From Eutreptiella sp. 'Long Island Sound 2002' (taxonomy: Eukaryota > Protista > Euglenida), in the NCBI GenBank assembly GCA_964036045.1, contig OZ038378.1, positions 20,460,001 through 20,524,000 on the forward strand: 64,000 nt of DNA, written 5' to 3'. The position numbers were made by a program, and so were the translations under genes. The notes beneath the pieces are model-generated. The model did no database searches. It was not told the DNA's origin and saw nothing but the letters and a program-made list of their open reading frames with translations. Position 1 is the first letter of the stretch, and each line of letters begins with the position of its first letter. Below are positions 48,400 through 58,984 of the stretch, one piece after another.

Positions 48400-48860
48400 C
48401 AGATGCTTGACGGCAATTTGACAACTCCGGCCGCGTACTGGCTGTTCCAGCTCAACACCGACAACAGCCCCACTACACCCGTGGCGGACGTGGACTGGCA
48501 GCCTGGCACCGATTCAATGCTCATCAACATCACCGAAAGCGGGTCCTCCGCGTACCTTATCGCCGTATCGCAGAGCCGGCAGCTTCTGTGTCAGAACTTC
48601 CGGTACCGCGTCAACGTCACGGCGCGCTCACTGAATGGCACCGGCGGCTTCACTGTCGTGGTCAATGGGGGCTCTGCCAATTCCTACGCAGACCTTCTCC
48701 CGGACGCGTTGAACGCGACGTTCACGTCGACGGACTCTGTGACCGTCTCTGAGGACTTCGAAGTGAGCTCGCGGTGGGAGAGTGGGCAGGTGGCGATCCA
48801 ATTCGGGGCGCAGGGCAACGACAACACCGTCATTGAGCTCCAGCAGGTGTCGCTGTGCCC
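48400..48860 (+). other. CBM4/9-like carbohydrate-binding module
   Basis: AVSQ...YRVNVTARS...FTVVV...F...VAIQFG...VIELQQVSL follows the CBM_4_9 beta-sandwich pattern. Confidence 0.6.
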
Positions 48861-49809
48861 GATCCCATCGCGAGCGCAGATGTGCGGGCTCGCCCCACAT
48901 CAGGCGGCCTCCACGGCGGACGCCGCCTTGACCAAGGGGGACAGCCGGGTGACAGCCGGGTGACAGCCGAGGATACCACGACTGGGATGCGGGCGTTTGG
49001 AGTGCTGGAGGTGGTCCATGACTCGGCTCCAACGCACAGCGCGTATCTGGCCTCCGATACCGCTCGCAGCCAGAGTTCGGCCGACGCGGGCGTGAACGGT
49101 CGGGCCTATTTCTGGGTGTGTTCGACCACCAGCACCGCCACTACCACCACGTCCAGCCGCCGGAATTTGATCCAACGCCGGGCCAGCGCTCAGTGGCAGA
49201 CGGTAGGCACCGGGACGGGGAAGGGTCGGCGGGCCCATGCGAACAGGCGGGTCTCTGGCCCAGGGGCACCGCACGCGGGCGAAGCCACACAGGGACACAA
49301 CAGCGCGCCTGCCTCGCAGGCTGGCACTCGAAGCACCTCTGTGAGGGACACCACCACCACCACCACCACCGAGTACTACTCTGTGGACTTTCTGGTGGTC
49401 CACGCCGCGCCATGGTTCGAGAGCGGCGCCATGGTGCAGGCCATCGCGCTGCATCGCACGGACAGCGGGTCCGACGCGCTCCAACCTCGTCGCCCCATTG
49501 TATTGCAATGCAGATTCCTCCAGCACCACCAGCGACGGAGACGCGATGGTGCTGAACTGCAGCGAGTGGACCACGGCCGACCTGCCCCTTGATGGCAGTC
49601 CCACGACCCTCGACAACTTCACGTCCACGCTGACCGTGACGTCCACGAGCGTGGCATACCAGGCCATTAACCCTCTGAGGGGGACCATCCTGCTGACCAC
49701 GGAGGAGTACGAAGAACTGGACGGCGAAGAGCTCTACGCCATCATGTACATGGAGGACGATGCTACCGCGTACGGCCGCGCGCGCGGGGTCGTCAGGTCG
49801 CATGCGCAG

Positions 49810-50070
49810 GCCTCGTGCATCGGAGGGCTGGTGTTTGAATACTCCGACGAGTGGTGGAAGGGCGGGAACGACACGTACCATTTGGACTGCTACGATGACA
49901 ACGCGAGTTTCCAGTCGCCCTGTGGCTCCAGCTCCGACGGGTTCGGGCCCGACGGTCGTCTGAACGAAGAGTTCTTTGGGCTGTACAATATGTCGGTGGA
50001 GAGCGAGGCGCCGTATCGAATCACCATGACCGCGCGGCCGGCGGTGGCCGCGTTGCAGGAGTTGTGGGGC
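49810..50070 (+). other. Clan GH-A barrel, C-terminal strands
   Basis: CIGGLVFEYSDEWWKG and LNEEFFGLY are typical final barrel motifs of GH2-like proteins. Confidence 0.75.
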
Positions 50071-51078
50071 ATCACGAGCGCCGGCACGGCAACGGCCTCG
50101 CGCCGGGCCTTTCTGCAGACGACCGACGACATCTTCGCCGCTGTATTCCCCAACTCCGTTTGGGATCTGCTTTCCGACGCAGAGGGGCTGGTCCTGCTCG
50201 GCATCCTGACTTTCCTCATTGTCCTGGGCACTACGCTGCCGCTCCTCTGGTCCATGTTGCAATCTCCCAAGCCCGAGAGGGTGGGCCCTCAACCGATCAC
50301 TTTGACGTACCGCCTCAGCGACGGGGACATGCGGCGAAGCAGAAGTGCCATCCTGGACAACAAAGGGGAGGTGCCGGAACACGAGGTCCCCACCGTGAGC
50401 ATGACCATCACGCATCGCAACCTGCACGGCCTGGGCCCTGTCGAGCTGCTGCGGTCGGACGCGGACAGTGACGTCGCATCGACAGTGACTTCGCGTTACG
50501 TGGAGCTCCGGCAGTAGGTCCGCTCGCTGGCAGGGGTGTTCTGGAGGTGCCTGTCCACAGACACGGAGCGGGACTTTCTCATACGCGATGTGGTGCTGCC
50601 GGAGATCCAACGGCTCGGAGAGGGCAAAGCGATCGCGCGGCTGGACGCGCTTTCCGATGCACTGCAGTGGCCCGACCGATACGAGCCATGGCACGGGCAG
50701 CTGTTGCTGCTGCTGGCGGACTACCCACAGGCAGTGGAGGTGGACGTGGAGCTGACGCGCGTCCGCATTAAGGACGCCGCCGCAGAGACCCCAGAGGAGT
50801 GGATCGAGGTGGAGGGGAGCATGTTCATTGTGCGGGCCTACATGCGCCACGTGCGACAGCAGCTGAGCCGCACCGCACGCCACGAGGACCAGATCTTGGA
50901 CTGGGCGGCGGAGGCGGACTTCGAGAGTGCCTTCAACACCTTCGATGCCGAGGCCCTGGACCGGGCCTGTGAGCGGCTGTTCCGCCTTGTCTGCCCCACT
51001 GAGGTGGCCCTTGCGGACTGGGCCCCCCCAGACTTCCACACGGGAGACGCCCCCAAGTGCTACGACTACGCGGCCCTG

Positions 51079-51092
51079 ACGGTGCTCTTCCT
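51079..51092 (+). repeat. 14-bp target-site duplication ACGGTGCTCTTCCT (partner at 58987-59000)
   Basis: Exact direct repeat flanking the LINE. Confidence 0.97.
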
Positions 51093-51481
51093 TTTTTGCA
51101 CTGAACGGCGCCTTTTGTGGCTGGCCAGGCCGGGGAGAAAGGCTCTTGCGCGCCAAGCTTTTTTGGGGAGGGGCGGGAGCCCGAAATCAAGTTCAATCGC
51201 GGGCTGAGTACCGCTGCACGTTGCTGTCCTCGTCTGCTTCATCTCAAAGAGACTTGGCAGCCCCGTTATAGACAACCGCAGGCCGGGGTCTCCGCTTGAT
51301 ACCCGAAGGCGGTGTGGTTGCGGATTGGGGGTTAGAGCATGACGGCTTGAGCACGGGGGGTGGCTTGGGGGAGGGATTCATTTGCAGAAGTGACTGGTGA
51401 GTGCCAGTGTGGTAGTACTGATTGATCGCGCCGCTAGGGCTGTCGAGGGTCGGCGTGAGAAAATGTGTAAGTGTGGCTTTT

Positions 51482-54400
51482 TCAAAGAGATGACACGTTG
51501 GACGAGTGTGAGGACGATTGTGAGTTTGTACTCGCGGGGGAGGGGGGGGCTGGTGCGAAGTACCTTGTTATGCGAGGAGAAGGGGCGGAAATGGGGGCGG
51601 AGGCGGCGAGGGGGGGTGCTGGTCTAGGGGGGGGGGGGAGGTTGAACATGTCCCTGATTGTGAGCGGCCGTTTGGGGGGCGGAGGCTCTGGCTGGGGTTG
51701 ACTTGCGGTACCGCGTTTCAGTGATAGAGGCCGGACGGGCCTTGGGGGCTGGCGGCCGTGTTTTCGAGTTTTGGTGTGTGCCGCAGGAGATGGGGGGCGG
51801 GGGCGTTTTGGGGGCTTGTGTGCAACTTTGTCCGGGAGGGGGGGGGGAGGGTGGTAGGCGGGGGGGGGGCGTTGTTGGGCGGTGTGCGACGTGCTGTAGG
51901 GCGACCAGGGGCGTCCCCATGAGTTGGGGCCCGTAGGGGGGGTGAGCGGGGCTGGGGGGGGGTGGTCTTTTAGCCATTCCAGCGTGCGGTATAGGGCGCT
52001 GAGGAGCAGGGGAACACGATCCTTCAGGGCGAGTTTTAAGTCGTGACAGTGTGCTGGTTTTCTTCGGCCGGAGGGGGGGGTTGTGAGTTTGGTGTACAGC
52101 GTCATGGGAACAAGCCCCCGGACGAAATTGCGTCTCTCCCCCACGTGTGTGGTCGCGGACCACCATTGGGACACCACCGTGGTGAAGGGGGGGCGCCAGC
52201 ATTGAATGTAGGATTGGACCAGGTGTTCGCACGTTGGGCAGTGTGAGACGAAAGAGATAACATCCATCGGGTGCGGGTCGGGGCAAGCGTGGCAATGGCG
52301 AGGGCGCAAGTCGTCGTGGAATGCAAATGGCGCCATGTTGAAATTTCCGGAGGACCATTTGAAAGGGAGGCCTTTGAACCACGTAGTGTGATTGTAAAAG
52401 TGGAAGCTGGACGGTGCGTGGATGTTTTCGTGTTTGTGGCGAGGGAGGAGATGCTTGATTGAGGTTGTAGTCAATTTGTGTATGACTGGGAGGGGGCCCC
52501 TGGATATGCACCCTATCGGGGGGGGGGGAAGGAGGGAGGGGTCCCAGACCATCACGTGGGCGGCCCACTTTGAGTAAGCATCTGAGATTTCATTCCCCAC
52601 GAACCCGGCGTGCCCCTTGATCCACCCCCAACCCTGGATCATCCCTGGGCGTAGGGAGGCCTGAATGGACTGGAGAGAGGATTCCCACGTGCCGGCTGGC
52701 GAGCGTGATGGGAGGCCTGGGGGGGTGTTCGGAGAGAGAACAGTGATAACGTGGAGGTTGTCCCCTAGCACGGCGAAGGTGAGGTGCGGGTGAGATGCAA
52801 GGGCCCACCGTAGGAACATAATAGCGGCCCAGAACTCCGATCCCTCTGATGACTGGTACGGGGACGTTTGGCACAGTACCCATCTGGAGCCATTTGGAAA
52901 AAACAGGGTGGCCGCCGATCCGTAGCCCAAGGCGCCCGCTGAGCCATCCAAGTACACCCATGTCGTGCCGGGGGACGATGCGAGGAGGAGGGCAAGGGCT
53001 GCTTCACAACCCCATTCTTCGAGGTCGTCGGGGTCAAGGGAGTGAGGTTCATCTGGGAGCCGGTACAGCTCGCCATGCAGTGACGAGTCGAGTAGGACCC
53101 CGCCGTATGGCCCGGGGGGGGGGTTGAGGATGTATTCTTGAGGGTGAAGAAGGGGGGGGGTGAGCAGTTCGTGGCGCCCCGCCAGTTGAGGGAGGACAGA
53201 AATGGCTGGGTTTTGAAAGGTGTATTCTTTCTCGTTGCGGCGGAGACCGGGGTTTTTGATGGTGTGGGTGGTGTCGTCCGAAAACTGGAGTGTGGCCGAT
53301 TCTGAGTGCACTTCCGTGACTGTACCTAGGTGGAACCCCAGGTCCTGGGGCGTCCGTTTTAATCTGTTGCCGAACTTGCTGTATTGTGGTGCCGGCTTGG
53401 TGGCTAGGAACCGGACCTGGACTTTTTCTTTTGGGAGGAAAAGGGAGGGGGGGCAGGAGGCCCAGAGGCCGGTGCTGTGGTATCGGAAGCCTATGGCGTG
53501 GCATGCGTCCATGATGGTGTCTTGGATTGGGTTGCGTGTGGTGGAGAGCATTGCTTCGGAAAAAGATTCGTTTGTCGAGGCCGGGCCGTCTCCGTTGAGG
53601 TACCTTATTGCGGTGTTTACCAGGGCCATGCAAATTGAAAAAGTGAAGTGGCGGAGTCCTAAGCCTCCCTGGTGGCGAGGGGTGTAGCGGGCCTTAGGGG
53701 AGACGAGGCGGGAGATCCTGTTGGCTCTGTCCGGGGAGGGGTCATGCGCAACATTTTGCCAGATCATGGCCTGAAGGGCCCCCAACTCGTTCAGGGCCAG
53801 GGGGTGTGCCATGAGGCGGTAGGAAAGAATAGGGATGAGTTGGACGTTCACCAAGAGAATGTATTCCGAAAGGGTGAGCTGGAGGGGTTGGAGGGTTGTG
53901 AAAAATGAGCGTATTTCCGACTTGGCCAATGCCAGTGTTTGTGCCTCATGGTTGGCGGTGAAGATGTATACCCCTAGGTATTTGTAGCAATTGTGTGGTT
54001 GCCCCGTCTTTCGGTTTGTTGTCGACAGGGGGGTGCCCGAGGGGGAGGTGAAGGTTCTGGGGGGAGCTGTTCCCATAGCGTGGATCTCGGTTTTGCTGAG
54101 GTTAAGGTCTAGACCCCACTCCCTGGCGACCGTGTCGAAGAAGTTTAAAACTTGCTGTATGCGGTCCCCATTCTCTGATCGATAGAGGAGGTCGTCAACA
54201 AAGGCGTGGCCCGATTCGTGTGGGGAGGGGGGTGCAAGGGGCGTAGGAAAGTTCAGGCGGGATAGAACTGTGAAGAGGGTGGTGTGGGGGACGGAGTTAA
54301 AAGCCTTATTGAAATCAATGTAGAGGCTGTAGCTACCGACCGATTCCCGAAACGTGGATAAGAGGTTGAAAATGTGGTCCTGGCATCTGCGGTTCGGAAG

Positions 54401-56221
54401 CCCGCCGAACTGGGTGGGGTGTATGATGGAATGTTCAATGGCCGCTGCCAGTAGCTCTCGGTTGGCGTGTGTTGCAATTATTTTGTAAACGCTGTTCAGC
54501 AAGGCTATAGGCCTGTAATTTACCGGGTTCATCACGTCCCCTTTCTTAAAAAGCAAGATAATGTTGGCTTCGAGCCATTTCTCGGGCAACGGCCGGTGGA
54601 GGTAGTAGTTGCATACCTTCCAAATGAATTGTTGGATAGGGGGGGGGGAGACGTGCAAAGTGTAGTTGTTTGTGAAGTCCCGCCCCCCCGCCTTGTTGGG
54701 CTTGGACCTCTTAAGCGTGTTGCGTAACGATTCCTAGGTAATGTCAGGGAGGAGGCCGTGTTTTGTGGGTTCGGGGCAGGCGGGGGAGTGTGCGAGTAGG
54801 CGATCCACTAGAGTGTTCGGCGGTGCGTATTCGAGGCTGCCCCCCAGGGTGAGGAGTGTAGAAGAGAAAATAGAGCCCACTTCCTTGGGGGTGGAGACGA
54901 GCTGTGTGGTGCCCGGGCGCTTCAGCGTTATTTCACCTCGTTCCACGGGGTTGAGCGCCTCGTTGATGGTGCGTTTGATCCTAGTTTTCCTCACTAGGCA
55001 CCGATGGATTTTGGTGGTTGCGGCCTTGTTCACTTTGGTTTCCCACTCCTTGACGAGTTTGTTGAGCGTGTCCATGGAAGCGGGGTAGTTGGGATGGCTG
55101 GGGGGGGGCAGGGTTTGCAGGGACTCTTTGATTTTCTTTACCAGAGCCGAGGAGGTAGGGCGTGACGGCGTGGTGATACTGTGGTAGCTGGTCGCCACTT
55201 CCTCCAGCACGACGTCTGTGAAAAGCTCGATGTCCGCCGAGGACAAGGACTCAAAGCGGGGGAGGGTAGACTCGCACCACCGCGCCAGGGGGGCAAGGGA
55301 GTCGTGGTGCTTGGAGCGTTCCCGCTCCGTCAGTTTTCGGAAAACTTTCCTCTTAGTTGTGGGAGCTTCGGTAAAAGGGTGAGGGGGGACTTGAGAGGTG
55401 TACGTGACTGGGTGGTGGTCTGACGTTTTGTCGTCGGTTTGGATGGTTGCAGAGGTGGGGGCAAAAAATTCCGAGGCCGCCGGGGAGAGCAAAATATGGT
55501 CAAGGCGGCTACTGCTTGCCCTGTACGGGGTGGGGTATCGGGAGAAGGACCGCTCGGTCGGGTGAAAGTGCCGAAAGGTATCGATGAGGCGCGGCGGGTC
55601 GCTCGTGATCTGTCTGCGAAGCCACGGCCATTCGTTGTCCGTTTGGAGGTTCGATCCGTCTAGTTCAGGGCACATTATGCAATTGGTGTCCCCACCGAGG
55701 ACGTGGTTAGGATACTGATGCATGAGTGGCCGTAGGATGTTTTCAATTTTTGAGCGGTGGACGTCCGTGCTTGGGGCGTATACCGAGACCAGCAAGGTGG
55801 GCGGGGCCCCCGGGAGAGTGAGAACGGCTGCCGCCAGCATCCCTTCTGTATCTAGTCGGGGAAGGGGGGTAACGAAGCGGGAGAGCCGGGGGGAACAGAC
55901 CAAGACGGAACCATGCTCGCCTCTGGAGTGTTTGTCTTGGCTGATATTCGAAACGATGGTGGCTTTAGTGCCCGAACCGTAGGCGTATACGTGGGGGAGG
56001 ATGGGGGCGTGATTGATTTCTTGGAGGAAGAGGATGTCGAAGTCGTTCTTGAGGTGTCGGAGAATTTGGCTGCTCACTATGGGTTTCTTCTGCAAGTTGT
56101 GGGATAGAAAACGCAGTTCTGAAGGGAGGGGTATGGGGGGGCGGTGAGGCCGTTGGTAACCCTTCCGTAGGCGCGTTTTGGATCTCGGGGGGGGCGGGAT
56201 AGGGGGGGGCTGGGGGGGCAC
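51482..56221 (-). pseudogene. LINE ORF2: APE endonuclease, RT, RNase H, C-terminal Cys/His knuckle; one in-frame TAG (54736-54734) and an in-frame deletion in RT
   Basis: APE: FLSHN, FLQE, GGDTN, SRLDHIL, SDHHPV. RT: NYRPIALL, DFNKAFNSV, AFVDD, YKYLGV. RNase H: YLDGS, SEFWA, GDNL, WIKGHAGFVGNEISD. The QGCPLSP motif is absent. Confidence 0.92.
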
Positions 56222-56438
56222 TGGGGAGCCGGGCTGGCTGGGCTGGCTAAGGCAAAGAAAGTGCTGAATTTGGTCGGCCGGTATCCCGGCCGAGGTGAGC
56301 TCGTCGTCTAGCCCCTTGCCTGTGATGGTGGAAGCCGTGACTGGGCCGGTGGTTCACTGAATCTTGGCCCTTTTGTGTTCAGGTAGAGGGGGCTGGACAG
56401 TGCAGGGGGCGGGTACCCGGCCCTCTGGCTTTCGTGGG

Positions 56439-58763
56439 TTAGCTTGCCTGTGGTATGTGTCGGAGGATTAGAGCGAGGCGAGGGACGGTACGAGGGACGG
56501 TTAGCCCAAACACTTCGTCTTCTCTCCGTCGAGGTATACCGTGGTGCCACTCATGGCGTGCGGCCCCCGTGAGGACCAGGAGAGAGCGGGCAAACAGGCG
56601 GATGCGAAAGGAGTCCCCGTTGGAGGGGTTCTTAAAGAACATTGTGGTGTCCGATTGGGAACCAAAAATGGACACTGGGTCGCCTAGCAAGGGGTCGTCC
56701 CCGTGGTAGCCGATGCCCTCTCCCGGGAGATACATTGTGCCCGTGATTTGGTTGGGAGGAGGGTGTGAGAGGCCTAGCCGCTCCAGCGCGGCATTGTAGG
56801 TTTGGAGGATGGAGGAAAACTCTTCCGGGATGGGGGACGTGGCGGCGACTTTGCTCGGGCCGAGGTATGCGTGGCCGAAGTGTTGGACTGAGCGCCCGTG
56901 GTACTTCTCCCACGTGTTGTCGTGGAGAATCTTTTTTACCGTTTCCTCTTGGCTTTCGGAGAATACGTCGCGGACGTAATAAAAACCAGCGGGGAGGCGG
57001 GGGTCGATTTGAATATCCGAGGCGGGGGTGGGGGCACCGTGGTCGGGGGGTAGGAGGGTGGTCGCCTCGCCTCCTAGTGGAGCAAGCAGCGGGACGCTGG
57101 TCTCGGACATCTCTTCGATGCGGCTTGGTCCCGGCGTTGGCGTAGCGGCGCCGGCGTCCTCCGGTGCCGCGTTCCACTCGCTGATGCGCTCAGTCAGCCC
57201 CGTAGCGGGCCTTTCTCGAAGGGCGGTGACAAGTTGGGACACGAAGGCCGTGGACCCCAAGGCGGCTCCCGCTTGGAGGCGCTGCACTATGGGTTGCTCG
57301 TGCTCGGCCACATCCGGGTCTTGAGCGGGGAGGATCTTCTCGAGGGCGATGAGGTTGCGGTGTAGTGGGGCAAAGGCAGCGTCTCCATATTTGAAGTCAT
57401 GCGCTAGCAGCGCGGATTCCCCCTTTTCGTAGACCACGAGGTAGGCTTGTTGGTGTTCGTAGGGAGGCCGCGTGGGCTCGAACGACACGTACGGGCCAAG
57501 AAACCCCGCTTGGACGCGCAAGTCGAGAGCGTGCGCCGATCTTGGGGCCACTAGGAGCACGGCGGTCTTCGGGGCCTTAGATGAGTCGTATGAGGGCGGG
57601 GCCGGCGTCGCGTGGGCTCGCTCGGGGGCGCCCGAAGGCGCGGACCTCGCGTTGCCGTCGGATCGTGACGAGAACCGCACTAATTGCCCATCTATGCCAT
57701 GAAAGAGGACAATGCCGCATGAGTGGAAGAAGCGGATAGCTAACGTTTGGACACCGGTCTTCATGACGTCGCACGGCGCGTGAGTGGTGTCAATCGCCAC
57801 GACCAAGGAATCTTTAGACCGGAACATCGCTCCTAGGGGCGGTGAGGCGCCCCGTCCACCGGGCAGGTTGGCGATCATCATGGCGAGCATTTCCGGAGCT
57901 TGTAGGTCTTTGTTTCTTTCCTTTCGGTCCCTAGCGATCACGGCTCGATACACTTCGGTAGTCGGCAAAGCGTGCATGTCCATTGCAAGGAGTTCTCCGG
58001 TGAGGAATTGGGCGCACTCTCGGACCTTAAACATGAGCTCGTCGGCAAAGCGAGATGGGAGTTCCCAATCAAACCGGTAGTAGGCCCAATGCGGGCTCTC
58101 GGAAGGGACTATGTGGCCAAACGGGTAGTAGGCATTTTTGGTGTTCACCGATACGTGTGCTAGCGCGGGGACAAACATTTCGTTCATTAACTTCATGAAA
58201 GCACGGGCGTCTCCAATTTTGCGTTGCCTTGGTTTAGTTTTATCTCTCTCTTCCGGCGGCGAAGGCTCAATGTGATCAAGGAATTCTATGCTCACCTCAA
58301 AACGTAGTCCCGTGTTAGCCCACGGGGTGGCGGTGGGTGGAGACTCCTTGGCTTCGGCTTGGGAATAGTCCAACTCATACGGCTTTAGGTAGAAACGCTT
58401 GTGCTTGAACAAAAGCTTTTCGAGCTCGTTGTAGTTATTGTGCGCAACGGAAGAGACCCTACCTCGATCTAGAATTTCCGTGGAGTTGCTCCCAACGAAG
58501 GCGGATTGAATATCGGTGCCTTCCACATCCAGGTAAAACTCGGAGTAGTCTTGTAGTCGGCGGTAGACTTCGGGAACGAAAATGCGTTGGCGTGTGTCAA
58601 ATATTTTGCCTTCAATGGCTTCAAGTTGGCGTGACGGAAAGCGTGTTTGCAACGGCGAATTTGAGGCTTGGTGTTTTTGAAAGAGGTGTGACGGAGAATA
58701 ATTGAATAGCGTTGAAAGGCCATCATCGGCGGCTTTGGAGCTTCCAAATAGGGTGAAATTCAT
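56439..58763 (-). CDS. LINE ORF1, 774 aa from the first in-element ATG: RRM-like segment and C-terminal AlkB-family 2OG-Fe(II) dioxygenase domain
   Basis: GFYYVRDVFSESQEE...RSVQHFG...PNQITGTMYLPGEGIGYHGD...RSLLVLTGAARHEWHHGI...RLALILR shows HxD, distal His and RxxxxxR intact. Confidence 0.88.
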   Translation of the reverse strand: MNFTLFGSSKAADDGLSTLFNYSPSHLFQKHQASNSPLQTRFPSRQLEAIEGKIFDTRQRIFVPEVYRRLQDYSEFYLDVEGTDIQSAFVGSNSTEILDRGRVSSVAHNNYNELEKLLFKHKRFYLKPYELDYSQAEAKESPPTATPWANTGLRFEVSIEFLDHIEPSPPEERDKTKPRQRKIGDARAFMKLMNEMFVPALAHVSVNTKNAYYPFGHIVPSESPHWAYYRFDWELPSRFADELMFKVRECAQFLTGELLAMDMHALPTTEVYRAVIARDRKERNKDLQAPEMLAMMIANLPGGRGASPPLGAMFRSKDSLVVAIDTTHAPCDVMKTGVQTLAIRFFHSCGIVLFHGIDGQLVRFSSRSDGNARSAPSGAPERAHATPAPPSYDSSKAPKTAVLLVAPRSAHALDLRVQAGFLGPYVSFEPTRPPYEHQQAYLVVYEKGESALLAHDFKYGDAAFAPLHRNLIALEKILPAQDPDVAEHEQPIVQRLQAGAALGSTAFVSQLVTALRERPATGLTERISEWNAAPEDAGAATPTPGPSRIEEMSETSVPLLAPLGGEATTLLPPDHGAPTPASDIQIDPRLPAGFYYVRDVFSESQEETVKKILHDNTWEKYHGRSVQHFGHAYLGPSKVAATSPIPEEFSSILQTYNAALERLGLSHPPPNQITGTMYLPGEGIGYHGDDPLLGDPVSIFGSQSDTTMFFKNPSNGDSFRIRLFARSLLVLTGAARHEWHHGIPRRREDEVFGLTVPRTVPRLALILRHIPQAS

Positions 58764-58958
58764 GGTGTTTTCGGGATGAACGAAAAGGTGGCTTGGCGTC
58801 AATTGAAAGATTGCGAGCGTGGATTTGAACTCGGGAATTGAGATGATGATTTGAAAACTGCGGGAAAGGCTCCAGAACTTGAACAGCCCAGGATTTTCTC
58901 CAATCACCGAATAGCCTGGACTACTGGTGGATCCATCAACAAAATGCTGAGGGTCAAT

Positions 58959-58984
58959 CGAAAAAAAATAGACACTCAGAAAGT
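58959..58984 (-). other. Euglenid spliced-leader exon ACTTTCTGAGTGTCTATTTTTTTTCG, retroposed at the LINE 5' end
   Basis: The reverse complement of cgaaaaaaaatagacactcagaaagt is a 26/26 match to the Euglena SL as I recall it. It is followed by ATTGAC rather than a GT donor, so it is not an SL RNA gene. Confidence 0.93.

Noticed and set aside
49141-51156. 671-aa minus-strand ORF (and similar ORFs at 60297-61427 and 46297-46968)
   Set aside because: These are antisense shadows of GC3-rich coding sequence with no recognisable motifs.
58959-58984. SL RNA gene
   Set aside because: The exon is not followed by a GT donor and SL intron; it is joined directly to LINE sequence inside a TSD.
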